Part shown: in pieces, positions 10,588 to 22,100 of the stretch | How the letters are laid out: every line of letters starts with the position of its first letter | How positions within the stretch are numbered: the stretch's first letter is position 1 | Origin: a virus | IMG/VR virus record: IMGVR_UViG_3300021963_000055 | Span: 40,878 to 104,877 of that record | Direction: 5' to 3' (one strand) | DNA length: 64,000 nt | Position numbers and translations under genes: made by a program | Notes under the pieces: generated by a model | The model's database searches: none | What the model was told of the DNA's origin: nothing | Seen by the model: only the letters and a program-made list of their open reading frames with translations

Positions 10588-11627
10588 GATTTCTTAGTCC
10601 AAGCAGCTCCCTCAGTCTTTAACTTTGGCTTTTTCCACTCAGGACCTTTTAGTTTTGATTTAGCTACAGAAGCTTCCCCTGCACTAGTAGTTCTATCTGC
10701 AAGATTTCTAATCTTTGCTTGCTTTTGAGCAGTTTTATGTCCAGGACCAATCTCAAAGCTTGCTTCTTTCATAAATTCAGAGAAAGATTTTGATTCCCCT
10801 CTAAGCTGACGATAATGTGCTTTCTTTTCTGCACCAGAAGAACTCTTTAACCATGGATCATCATGATCAATTGAAGATTTATTAACTTGAACAGTCTTTA
10901 CTTTATTCTTTGCATATGATTTTCCACTACCATATACAACTTTAGTTTTTGTTGGTCTAGTTGATTGATAAACTCTTCCTCCGCTACCAGTACGACCAAC
11001 TTCTACTCTTCCTTTTGCTTTATCAATTAATCGTCTAATTAATCCTTCATCCAATTCTTCATCAGATGCAAGATATTCGGCAGCAGTATCTACAAAGTCC
11101 GCAGCTCTAGTAATTTTAGATTGTACCCATGCAGGTAGTTGCTGATTTGATTTACGAATAACTTTACGAAGCATAGCAATAGATCTTTCCATTTGATCTA
11201 ATTCAAGTTTTGCCATGTAACCTTCATGGTCTTTAATCTTTCCTGAAGCTATCTCTTTATGGTCTTCTTGCATGTTGAGAAGACTAGTATTCATTTCCCA
11301 TGCACTAGGTCCATATGAACACTCAGATTTTTTCTCTGGTTTTTCGCAAAGATGGCAATAACGAGTTTCTTCTTTCTCTTCTTTGACGGCTTTTTTACCG
11401 TTTCTCCATTCTCCCTTTAGTTTCTTTTCCATCTTGAGTAAGTGCTTGTAGTAATCTGGAAATTCTGCAATATGCTGAAGTGCGATATTGTACGCCTCAT
11501 CATGCTTTGTAACATGCTCTCGTTCTACAGTAGATCCAATTTCAGCTTGCCTGATAACGTAATCTACTGAGACGCCATGTTTTTTAGCAATCTCCTTTTC
11601 AGTAGGAACTCTTTTGTGTGCCATCAC
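10563..11627 (-). CDS. Modular probable internal head protein, zero-frame product (354 aa)
   Basis: DUF5661-like N-terminal module (VEREH...IALQHIAEFPDYY..L.KME), LPAWVQSKIT module, internal capsid-targeting-like KSFSEFMKEA. Ends five codons after a slippery site. Confidence 0.8.
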   Translation of the reverse strand: MMAHKRVPTEKEIAKKHGVSVDYVIRQAEIGSTVEREHVTKHDEAYNIALQHIAEFPDYYKHLLKMEKKLKGEWRNGKKAVKEEKEETRYCHLCEKPEKKSECSYGPSAWEMNTSLLNMQEDHKEIASGKIKDHEGYMAKLELDQMERSIAMLRKVIRKSNQQLPAWVQSKITRAADFVDTAAEYLASDEELDEGLIRRLIDKAKGRVEVGRTGSGGRVYQSTRPTKTKVVYGSGKSYAKNKVKTVQVNKSSIDHDDPWLKSSSGAEKKAHYRQLRGESKSFSEFMKEASFEIGPGHKTAQKQAKIRNLADRTTSAGEASVAKSKLKGPEWKKPKLKTEGAAWTKKSGKPQAAD

Positions 11628-12175
11628 CCACCTACAATCTGAACTTCAGTAATATGTCCTGTAGCAGCGCCATTGCCATCAGGCTTTACAGAAAATTTAA
11701 TTGAATTTGAAAGAGTTGCAGTGTCAGTAAAATCTGCATATGCAGATGAATTTAATGCAACAGTAATTGAAGTATCTGTAACTGCAATAACTTCTAGGTG
11801 TGCAATGCCAGTATTGTACGCAGCAACTGAAGATCCAGTTAAAGTTACATAGTCTCCAACCGCAAAAGGATGTCCAGGAGTACCAGTATCAAGAGGAATA
11901 TTCATCACTGTATTGGTTGCACCTTTAGTGATTGAAGTTATTCTTACTCTTTTTGGAGTAGCACACTTTACAATTTCAGAACTTTCTTTTGGGATATGAA
12001 AATCATTTCCATCTACTGCAGTTGGATTGCCACCCCATGCTACATGAATTGCATCACTAGCATCAGCAGTAAAACGATAAATTCCACTTCGTACAATTAC
12101 TGCAGCGGACTGTGTAGCGTTACCACCAGTACACGCCACCGCAGCAATATTTTGGACAACCTTAAGTACAGACAT
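11624..12175 (-). CDS. Conserved cyanophage virion-associated protein
   Basis: 183-aa beta-rich ORF (HPFAVGDYVTL, ITEVQIVG) in the gp16-gp17 interval. Confidence 0.65.
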   Translation of the reverse strand: MSVLKVVQNIAAVACTGGNATQSAAVIVRSGIYRFTADASDAIHVAWGGNPTAVDGNDFHIPKESSEIVKCATPKRVRITSITKGATNTVMNIPLDTGTPGHPFAVGDYVTLTGSSVAAYNTGIAHLEVIAVTDTSITVALNSSAYADFTDTATLSNSIKFSVKPDGNGAATGHITEVQIVGG

Positions 12176-12185
12176 TAAAATACTC

Positions 12186-12614
12186 CTATTCTTCTGTATT
12201 ATTTATTTTTGATTGTTTTAGAAACTTTTGTAGTTCTGCGGTGGAACCAACAAACATAGTATTATTTACAGTAGATGGACCTTTAGTTGGTTTATCTTCT
12301 TCAATATCTTTCATCTTTTTCTGAACTTCTATTAGTTTTTCTGCAAGCTCTGAAACATTTTTAATCCCTTGGAAAGCAACTTCATAAGCTCTTGGATGAT
12401 CACTTTGAGAAGCTACATCTAAAATTCCATCAATTGCTTTTTGTCCTTTTTGAATTAAATTGTATAGTTGACCTCTACTATATTTGTAATCTTTTTTTAG
12501 ATCTTCTAAATCTGAATCTAAAATAACTTCAAGTTCTGAAACTATTTCTGATGTGTCATTTGAGTTAGTTGGAACTATATCAAAAGTGTCATCTAATTTA
12601 TCGTATGCTGACAT
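12186..12614 (-). CDS. gp16: Terminase small subunit
   Basis: Motifs KDYKYSRGQLYNLIQKGQ, SDHPRAYEVA, NNTMFVGSTAELQK; start taken at MSAYDKL. Confidence 0.92.
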   Translation of the reverse strand: MSAYDKLDDTFDIVPTNSNDTSEIVSELEVILDSDLEDLKKDYKYSRGQLYNLIQKGQKAIDGILDVASQSDHPRAYEVAFQGIKNVSELAEKLIEVQKKMKDIEEDKPTKGPSTVNNTMFVGSTAELQKFLKQSKINNTEE

Positions 12615-12616
12615 AA

Positions 12617-13414
12617 TTATTGTGTCCAAAGTTCATTAAATCCAAAGTTATCGTCAGATTCAACTAATAAATCATCTGCAGAGTTAATTTTACCATCTTT
12701 ATTTAAATCTGTTAGTGCCTTAGGAGTTACACTATAAGTAACATATCTATTTGCATTGATAGCAGTTCCAATATCAACGTTAACCTTTTTAATGACATCA
12801 GAAGTAGTAATAGGACCATAAATATATGACTTTGCAGTGAATGTTAAAGTATAAATAATTGTTCTTCTTTGTGTAAAATCACCTTCATAGTCATCTTGAA
12901 TAGAAACATTATTCAGTAAAATTGGAATATCTCTTTTCTCATTTGTCTCTGCTACCATATTAATAGTAATTGAAAAATATGGCTGAAAGAATGGTAAAAT
13001 TTGCTCTAAAATTTGAACGGCATCATCATTATTCTTGCTGATGATTGCAACTTCAAAGTCTAGATTGTATGGCACTGGCAGATAATGAGAATATGTTTTT
13101 TCAGTATCTCCAGATTTTGGGGTTCTGCAGATTTGAGTAGGTCCAAGCTTTCTCGCAGCATCATAAGAAATTCCTTTCATCTCAAAAGAAATTCTGGGAA
13201 GCTGAATTTGTGTTGGTCGTCTCTTGTCTAAATCTGGCTCTGCTTCTATTCTAGCAAGAAATTTTTCTGTAGGTCCATATGCAAGAGGAACCTTAATTGT
13301 CTGCTTAACAACTCCGTCTTTGTCTTTACGTTGAAGTTCTATATTATTGAATAATGTACCAAATCCAACAATAGTTTTACGAATTGATTCGTTATAAAAA
13401 TGTGTACCTAACAT
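12617..13414 (-). CDS. gp15: Tail sheath stabiliser / completion protein
   Basis: Motifs FGTLFNNI, KVPLAYGP, LPRISFE, QILEQILPFFQP. Confidence 0.95.
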   Translation of the reverse strand: MLGTHFYNESIRKTIVGFGTLFNNIELQRKDKDGVVKQTIKVPLAYGPTEKFLARIEAEPDLDKRRPTQIQLPRISFEMKGISYDAARKLGPTQICRTPKSGDTEKTYSHYLPVPYNLDFEVAIISKNNDDAVQILEQILPFFQPYFSITINMVAETNEKRDIPILLNNVSIQDDYEGDFTQRRTIIYTLTFTAKSYIYGPITTSDVIKKVNVDIGTAINANRYVTYSVTPKALTDLNKDGKINSADDLLVESDDNFGFNELWTQ

Positions 13415-14511
13415 TAAAATTCTCCCATGTTTGAATATTCACCAAATGGATTTCGTTCGGACCAGTCAATAATTTTATTTCCTTCGTCTTCAAACCATTT
13501 GTTTTCATTGAAATCATCATTTTCATTTTCAATAGAACTGAATGTATTAATTACCCATTCAGCATTACTAGTTCTACCAATTAAGGTTTCTCCATCAACA
13601 AATTTACCTACTATATCTATAAGCTCAAGTTCTTTAGTTGTGACATCATAACGAATAACCTTACCTTTTGCTCCGCTTCTGGAACCAGTTACAGTTTCTT
13701 CATATTTATAAGTTCCTCTTGGGGCTAAAATTGCTTGTGCAGTTGCACCAGTTCCAGCTCCAGTAATTGTAACTGCAGGTACAGAAGTGTATCCAGTTCC
13801 AGGCTCAATTACTTTTATACCTGTAATAACTCCAGCAGATACTGTAGCAGATGCTCTAGCTCCAGATGCTCCATTTACAGAACCAAAATTAACTGTTGTT
13901 CCTGATGCAGTATATCTAGTTCCACCAGAAATAACATTAATTTGTTTAATACCTTCGGTAAGTTTAAATGTAATTGAATATCCTTCATCTCTTCTAATTT
14001 TATCAATTTCATCAATTCCAGTTTCAAATCTTTCGCCAGAATCTTCCATCACTTCACAAACTAGTTGATACGTTGCAATCTGCCCTAGCTGTCTGAATGG
14101 TTTATTATGTTCTACAAATTTAATTTGGAACAACTGATTAGTTAATGGGAAATAAATTACATCACCTTCATTAGGTCTTTTAGATGTAATTAAATTATTT
14201 GATTTAGAAATTAAATCTTCCCAACGTCGTTTGGATACAATAAAGGTAGCTTCTTCGGCAATTCTAACTCCAAATCTAGTTAATAAAGTTCCTTCTCCAG
14301 TAAATCCCTCATAATTTGAAACATACATTTCAATTATATAATTTTCATCAAATTTTGCTAAAGGGTCTTCGCCAAACAATCTTTCATCGTTAGAAAATTC
14401 TCTTGGCAAATAATAAACATCAAATCCATATATTTTTAAAGATTCTATTATTAAATCTTCATAAAGTTTTTGTTCAGATGAAGTTCCGTGAGAAAAATAA
14501 ACGTTTTTCAT
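13414..14511 (-). CDS. gp14: Neck protein with a beta-rich insertion
   Basis: Motifs EDLIIESLKIYG, RPNEGDVIYFP, C-terminal WSERNPFG. Confidence 0.93.
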   Translation of the reverse strand: MKNVYFSHGTSSEQKLYEDLIIESLKIYGFDVYYLPREFSNDERLFGEDPLAKFDENYIIEMYVSNYEGFTGEGTLLTRFGVRIAEEATFIVSKRRWEDLISKSNNLITSKRPNEGDVIYFPLTNQLFQIKFVEHNKPFRQLGQIATYQLVCEVMEDSGERFETGIDEIDKIRRDEGYSITFKLTEGIKQINVISGGTRYTASGTTVNFGSVNGASGARASATVSAGVITGIKVIEPGTGYTSVPAVTITGAGTGATAQAILAPRGTYKYEETVTGSRSGAKGKVIRYDVTTKELELIDIVGKFVDGETLIGRTSNAEWVINTFSSIENENDDFNENKWFEDEGNKIIDWSERNPFGEYSNMGEF

Positions 14512-15332
14512 TATCCTACCATATCAAGTGGTGGCAATTCATATGTGTTAAGTAATTCTTCATATAGCTTGTCTAATTCTCCTATTGCGTCATCATATAA
14601 CTGACGGCCATTAAAAGTTACTCCACCTGGCATTTGAATACCTTCAAATTTAGATAAATTTTGTCCCCACTGTTTTTTAATAAGTGAAGTTAAATATTTT
14701 TTAACCCAAATTTCATTATAAAGTTTGGTAAAACTATTTGGATCTAACGCTCTATAGCAGTCTACTACAATAAAATCATTAACAGATTGCATACCCCAAT
14801 CTAGATCAATATACAGCCTATTTTGAACTTTGTTATATCTAATATCTTTATTACCTTCTAACATAAAATCAAGAGTTTCAAGATAAGTCAATACCATGTA
14901 ATAATTCATGATATCATATGAATAAAAATTATAAAAATCATTTAGGAAAAATTGATACCTAAAACCAAACATATTATTCACAAAAGCATTAGATACTTTA
15001 AAAATTCCTTGAACACCAACAACATGGTCTGGAACTGTTAAATATCCTCTACCTTCTTCAAAATTTAAAGTTCTGGAATTAACAGAACCGTTTGTATCAG
15101 TTTGAGTTGTAGTGAAATTACGTTTTTTTCCATTATCAATATCTTCTTGAGTAAGTTTGTACTTTAAGTACATTCTTTCCATTCCATTATAAGCTCTTTC
15201 ATTAAAGATCTGAATGGTGTCATCAATAAGATCTTCAACTTGGTCATCATCTACGTTAATTTCAATTACTGGTTTGCCAAGCTTACGAAGACAATATTCT
15301 TTTAATTGTAATCTACTACTTGGTTTTGACAT
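14511..15332 (-). CDS. gp13: Neck protein
   Basis: Motifs YCLRKLGKPVIEINVDDDQ and KKQWGQNLSKFEGIQMPGGVTFNG. Confidence 0.96.
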   Translation of the reverse strand: MSKPSSRLQLKEYCLRKLGKPVIEINVDDDQVEDLIDDTIQIFNERAYNGMERMYLKYKLTQEDIDNGKKRNFTTTQTDTNGSVNSRTLNFEEGRGYLTVPDHVVGVQGIFKVSNAFVNNMFGFRYQFFLNDFYNFYSYDIMNYYMVLTYLETLDFMLEGNKDIRYNKVQNRLYIDLDWGMQSVNDFIVVDCYRALDPNSFTKLYNEIWVKKYLTSLIKKQWGQNLSKFEGIQMPGGVTFNGRQLYDDAIGELDKLYEELLNTYELPPLDMVG

Positions 15333-15392
15333 TATACTAACCTTTTAAATTTTTACGATTTGTTTGGACAATTATTAACGCAATTTTATTTT

Positions 15393-15725
15393 TTATGTTA
15401 CTCCAGGATTAATAGTGACAACACCTTCAATTACTCTAATTTTTTTGTTGGATGGATCTGAAAGAACTACATCATATAAGTATCTTCCTTGCTCCATTAA
15501 AGAAGTTTGTGAAGATGTCAAATTTAAATTTACGATTCCGTCAGTTCTAGTTGAAGAAAAGGTCACTAAAAAGCTCACATAAGTTGTACTATAATAAGAT
15601 TTTTTTATTTTAGCCAATCCAGTGTAATCAGTTAAATCACGAGGATTATTATTATTATTGTACACTACAAATTGAACATCAAAATCAGCTCCTTGGTCAA
15701 CATATAAGTTTTTTACCGCTGCCAT
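15393..15725 (-). CDS. Small virion structural protein (BppU N-terminal / Ig-like type)
   Basis: Motifs NLYVDQGADF, GRYLYDV, RVIEGVVTINPGVT. Confidence 0.7.
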   Translation of the reverse strand: MAAVKNLYVDQGADFDVQFVVYNNNNNPRDLTDYTGLAKIKKSYYSTTYVSFLVTFSSTRTDGIVNLNLTSSQTSLMEQGRYLYDVVLSDPSNKKIRVIEGVVTINPGVT

Positions 15726-15748
15726 TTTATGTAGGGAGATTTCAATAA

Positions 15749-15756
15749 TATTTATA
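15749..15756 (-). promoter_or_regulatory. T4-type late promoter
   Basis: Exact TATAAATA about 24 nt upstream of ATG 15725. Confidence 0.8.
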
Positions 15757-15763
15757 ATAAGAC

Positions 15764-15922
15764 CTATTTGTTTAATAACATATTTAATATGAGATGTTGT
15801 TGCATATGATATAATTTAGCAAATTCTTTTGCTATTTTTTTAGCTTCTTCTTCATTTAAAGTATCTATATCATTATAAATTTTTTGAAGAGTAAATTGTT
15901 TAGTTAGAGGAAGTTCGTTCAT
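15764..15922 (-). CDS. NblA-like phycobilisome degradation adaptor (52 aa, not in the ORF track)
   Basis: MNELPLTKQFTLQKIYNDIDTLNEEEAKKIAKEFAKLYHMQQHLILNMLLNK; two-helix pattern with L-x-L-x-x-QF and KLY..QQ. Confidence 0.55.
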   Translation of the reverse strand: MNELPLTKQFTLQKIYNDIDTLNEEEAKKIAKEFAKLYHMQQHLILNMLLNK

Positions 15923-16133
15923 TTAATTTTAAAAGTAAATTTTTGATATCATTGATATCAGATTTTAAAGAATTTAAATCTTCTTCTATTTTATCAATTC
16001 TTTCAGATTTGTTTTTTCTTAATTCATAATTTTTAATATAGTTATCGTATTCATACGAATTATCATTTATTATTGCACCACTAGATGTATCTCTGTAGAG
16101 ACTTGGGTGCCCGTCTACTATTAATTTATTCAT
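15900..16133 (-). CDS. Small conserved cyanophage coiled-coil protein
   Basis: VDGHPSLYRD..SGAIIN followed by a coiled coil; follows the DUF4815 gene. Confidence 0.75.
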   Translation of the reverse strand: MNKLIVDGHPSLYRDTSSGAIINDNSYEYDNYIKNYELRKNKSERIDKIEEDLNSLKSDINDIKNLLLKLNERTSSN

Positions 16134-16134
16134 A

Positions 16135-19100
16135 TTATACTGCAAGTGCAATAGCTCTAAAGTTTCTTATTTTTGGAATGTTTGTTTGATCATTACTGAT
16201 CATACAAATTTTAATTGAAAATTGTTTAAATTCTGAAACATTTTTTAGTTCAAAATCGAAAGCTTTATAATCTTTTGAATTTAATGATTTTGGATATGAT
16301 ACTGCAGGAATTTCAATATAACTCATTGAATCAAAAGATCCTAAATTTCCTTCACTATATATTTTTGCAAATACTTTAATATCAGAATACTCTCCATTTA
16401 GTCCTTGTTCTCTAATTGCATCCAATAAAACTTTAATAGAAGTTGATGTATTTTGTAAAGTAATTTTTTTGGTAATATAAGAAGAATAAATTCCAGATAA
16501 AGGAGTAAGTTCTTGTGTTATATCAATTTTATTATTAGCAATTTTTTTAATGATTCTATTTGAAACTGCAATCGCAGATGAACCATTAATATCTAATGCG
16601 GGACTGACATTATCTTTTTCTGTAGATAAATTTACATTTAATGTTAAAGATGCAGAATTTTCAGAACCAAAATACTGATTTGAATTAGTTGGAGATGCAA
16701 CTAATCTAGAACTACTTAACTCATTGTATTGTCTATTTTGTACTGACTGCTCAGAAATTCTTACAAATGAAGTTTCCGCTTGATAAGGACTGTTTGCACT
16801 AACGCTTTCAAGTCCAAAAGAGACATTTGTAAATGGAATTGATAAAATATTTAAATTTGGATATAATTCTTCATACTGTATATTTCGTGAAGCTTTAATA
16901 TAAATGCCTCCAGAAATTACATTAGAATTAGCATTCACTCCAGAACTAATTTTATATCTATCTAAATCAATAATTTGCGTAATTTTATGAATTTTATTAA
17001 TTTGATTTAATGGAACTCCATTGATAGAATAGCAATACAATACACTCCCTGCTGCATGTGTCGTTGCAGTTGTTCCAAACTGACCTCTTCCATCAGGAGG
17101 TATGGACAACGTAGTTCCAGATATAGCAGTATATTTTATAATTTCATTATTTACTAAAATATATCCAGGGTTAGTTGCTGAAACAGGTGTCTCTGCTATA
17201 GTACTCCAAGTAGTATCGGAAGTATTTCCTACATTTATAGCTCCACTTTGAGTCGCTGTTGTAATTGAAGTATTTAAAGATGTTACTAAAGCTTCTGAAA
17301 CTACAGAAGAAATTTTGACATAATTTTGAATACTATTCATTCCATGATTTGGATGATAGACTTCAATTGATCCTGAAGATTGAGTGAATTTTAATGCATT
17401 AGCAGGAAGAGTTACATCTGTCACTGGACCATTTATTAGTTTACAATTATATGTCGTTTCAGTAACAAATTTGGCTCTATTGAGTGTAAATTTAAGATCT
17501 TCAAATTGATCTGGAGTCCATACAGACATATTCTGAGATTTATAAAGAGAACCAGAATATGGTTGCTTGTCAATAATAAATCCTCCCAATACATCAGTTT
17601 CAGAAAGTCTTGAAATCCAAACTTTATAATTCTTGGAAGCACTTCTAACAATAAATGCGTATTCTGTATTCTGATTTAAATAAATTGGACATGGGAAGGT
17701 GAATCTAGTAGCAACAGAGCCATTGTTTGATACATTTACATTTGCAGATTGAACAGTAGCAATACTATTTGGAACTACTGTATTTGTTAAAGTGCCATTT
17801 TCCATGGTTCTAACTTCAACAGATACTGGAAGTATAGAATCTTTGGTCTGGAAATACAAATCAATAGATGTAGCAAAGATTCCACCTTCAATATCAACCA
17901 AGAATGATTGTGCTAAAGGATCTCTTCCTGCTGGAGCTGGTGGTGGAGGTGGTGGGAATGGAATAAATACCGTTCTTGTTCCAATACCTGCGGTAGAAGA
18001 AATTTGTGCAGTAGTAAGTGAAACTACGTTACTAGTGAGAGATACGTTTGTACCTAGTGTATTGTAAGTTGTTTGAGCACTTGAATCAGAAATTCCGTAA
18101 ATAGAAGTTCCTGTAATTTGATCACATAGTTTAAATACAGTTTCTCCAGTTTGATATGTATTTGGTGGAATAACTAAAAATGCTTCAACTGTTCCATTTA
18201 CATCTGACTTTACTCTAGGTCCAGTGAATTGAACAGTTCCAGTAGCTCCAGATGCCAATCCTCTAATCTGAATTGTATCAATAAGTGCAGTTGGATTGAT
18301 TTCTGTACCATCTCTTGTAGTAATGTTATCAATTTTTAGGAAAGTTGTTGTTGATGTGTAACTTCCTAGGGGAGATGTTACTACTATTCCTCTTACTGGA
18401 TTTGTAGCATTTGTTGCAGGAGAGAAAATCTCTACAGTTTCGCCATTGACAAAAGCAACACCATTTCTATTAGTCATCCCAGTTATTTGTTTGGGGAAGA
18501 TCATAGAATTATTTAATCTATCATCAACAAAGAAATGGAATAGTGTATCTGGCTTTAGCTTTGTTGATGTAAGCTCAACAATTCTAGATCTAATAAATCT
18601 TTCTGCAGAGATATTATTGATACTATCTCCAACTTGAATATCTTGTGTTACTGGTGTAAATGTATTATTTCCACCTGGAGTGTTTTGAACACTTAAAGTT
18701 CCTCCTCCAACTACAAGACGTGGAACAATGTTTCTATTCCAGTCATTCCATTGATCTGCAAGAGCAGAAGTTCTATCGAATAGTGCTCTTAGGGGCTGAG
18801 ATAAATCAATTCGTTGGACTTCTCTTGCAGTTCTTACTGTATCGAACCAAACATCCTTTTCTGGTTCTAGTTGAATGTCGCCATACCATTGAATAACTTC
18901 AAATGGCTGAAGATTTTCAACTCTGCTTGCATAACTTTGAACAACAAATGGAGTCTCCGTATATGGGAGAGTAACTAAGCTACCAGTCTGCTTTGCTGTA
19001 AATCCAGAAGTTGCTGGTTTTAACTGAATATTAGTAACATATGGATATGGTCTTAGTATAGCTTTTTCAGTGTCAATACATGCAGTATATGAAGTATTAT

Positions 19101-22100
19101 TTAAATCGGCTAAATCTGTAGTTTTAAAATTATCTGCAACAAATCCAGTTTTAAATCTATTATTGCCATCTTCATCAACAATTGTTAAACTGTTAGTGCC
19201 AATTTCCAAAAGATTTAATGAAGTTAACTCTTCTACTGTTTCTAGACGTTTATCAATTAATCCAATATCTTTCATTGTATAACGTCTTGATTTAATGATT
19301 TCTAATGTAGAATCATTTACTGATTTCATATATGGAGGTATTGTTAAAGTGCCAATATGTAAAGTATTTGGCACATCTTCAGGTTCTTTAGGAATTAAAG
19401 AATCTGAACCTTTTGCAATGATTATATTTCCATTTTCATCAAGAAAAATTTTATCAATTCTTCCAAGATAATAATCATAATCTAAACTAATTATTTCTCC
19501 AGGAAATGCAAACGATGGAATTACTCTGTATAAAGATAATACATCAAATGCAGAAGCAGATTCTTGATATGGAGTGATTAAAGAACCTCCAGAACCAGGG
19601 GAAGGAACAGTTTCAAATCTAAAATCTACTATATTACTATATGGAGTTCCATCATAACATAGTGGAATTTCTGAATATTCAATTTGTGAAGTATCATATG
19701 AATTTGTAGAATAAAAATCATTACTAGTATTATTATGAATAAAATAATCAAATACAACTATAAATTTATTTTGTGGAGTTGGGCTACTTGAACGTCTAAC
19801 TAATTTGGAAATATTATAAAACTCAGGTCCATCATTTTTATTTAATATAAAATCATTTGTAATATCTTTATAATTTCCATTTGTAACAGAAGTAATAAAT
19901 TTGCCAACTACTGGAGAAATGGATGTTATATCTACTGATAAAGTTAAATTAGTTCCATTTTGAAATTTATTATCTGAAAGATATACAATATAGAGAGTAT
20001 TTCCACTAATTGAAATAATTTTTGCTCTAATATTTTGGTATGATATAATATCTCCAGCTACTAATCCAGTGGAATCATTGATATTAATTTTATCAAATAA
20101 GTCTTGATTTGATGCTTGCGAATTTAGTGCTTGTCTAATAGCATGAATTTTATATACATCTGGAAATTTTAAAGATATTTCATTATCTACAAATCTAGTT
20201 CCATATATTGTGTTTGTACTAGTTTTTAATTTATCAACTAGCAAAAAGTTAAATTTACTTGCAGATTTTGTTTTTAATGAAGGGTTATTAGATCTAACTT
20301 TATAAGTAATATTTACATTAGTATTACTCAATGAATCGCTAACAAAAATATTTACAGATGATGGAGATATTGAAGAAGCAGAAAATTCAACAATTCCAGA
20401 ACTATTTGTGATTATAATATCATTGGGAGATATAGTAAAATTAGAAGTTGTGGAAATAGTAAATCCAGCATTTGAAACTAGTTTCGTTTCTGTTATGGCT
20501 TTATAATATGATAGATCTGAAGTTGTTTTGACAGAATTATTTGAAATTCTTGAGAAAAAATTTGTCCCTGAAGTTTTAACTTTAGGAATTAATTTTTTTA
20601 CATTATAATAAACTCCATCAGCTACAGTTTCAGTAATAGTTATTTCACTATCAGTAACATTAGTTACTGTAGCAACAGAAGTTCCAATCAATAGTTTCAT
20701 AGGAACTTGAATTTCGGATGAAAATCTTGATCCGATTCCAGATAAAGTATTTCCAATAACTTTAAATGAAGTTCCAGAAATTGATACTTGTTCTAATTTT
20801 ACGCTTGAACTAAATCCAGGTGCGCTTAAATTTGTAATATTTTCAATATTATTTGCAATTACTGTGGATATAGTGTATGTTGAATTATTTTTGCTATTTG
20901 TAAATGTAGATCCTGGTAAAAGTGTTCCTGCAACTTGTCTTAATGTAAGGGTAGAACCATTAATTGAATCTATTACTGCACTTGCACCATTATTTGTAAA
21001 AATAAAATCTCCTATAGCTAATGCGGGAGAATTTTCAGATGTTGTAACAACAGTAAACATCGAAATATCTGCCAAATATAATTTTCCACCTACTATTAAT
21101 GATAATGCTACTGCTTTACCAATCGAAGTTTCTACACCGCTTGCAATTTTTTTTAGTGTTACTAAATTTCCTGGTAACACTGATCCCTGTATTGTTGTCG
21201 TATCTAATTCAATATAATTGCCAAATGCAGAAATTAATCCTTGATTATTAATTGCTAAAGATTTTCTTGGTTTTTCTATCGTTACATATTTTTTATCTGT
21301 GTTATTAATTTCAAATCCTTTTACATATGCTTTTATGGGAGAAAGTTCCATAGTATAATAATTTCTTCCATCAATAGATTTCCCATCTGTAATACTTGGA
21401 GTTCTATTTAATACTACTGTTCCATCTAGTAAAGTATCGTTATAAGAATATACACCATTATTTTCACCATCATTATAAGTTTCTCGTAAATTTAAGTTAA
21501 AATCTGTTACAGTATAATTTCCAGATTCATCAAAAGTTCTTCTGGCTAAGTTTTTTTCAAGTTGATTATATACAGAATTTTCTACTAATTTAGCTACTTT
21601 TCCTTCTTCTAGTCTGAGAAGTTCAATAAATGTAGAATCTGTAGGGAGATCAATATCTTGTTTAGATAAGATAGCTTCAATTTTTAATCTATCTGCTCCT
21701 GGTGCTGCAAAATTAGGAGAACCAATTGCATTATCATATAAAGAATTATCTTCGTCTGTAGTTACAACACTTTCTAATATAGATAATCCAATTTTATATG
21801 ATGAAAAATTGTTATATTGATCTAAAATAATACTTTGTTCTGGAACTTCTACAAAAAATCCACGAATAAAATATACTCCAGCTGTAATATATGCGGCACT
21901 TCCGACAAATGATGTTGCATTTTGTGTTGCAGTTACAGCTACGGGATTGTTATTTTCATCTTGTAATATTTCTCCATTTGTAAATTTTGTTAATTGAACG
22001 CCATTTACAACATTTCCAGAAGCAACATATTTTACATATAATGTTGCTGTAGATTTATCAGATTGTGTGGCACTAATGCTATTTAAAACTTTAGCTTTAA

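Noticed and set aside
17930-17960. Polyproline run in the DUF4815-type protein
   Set aside because: It is a linker before the DPLAQSF domain and is ordinary for this family.
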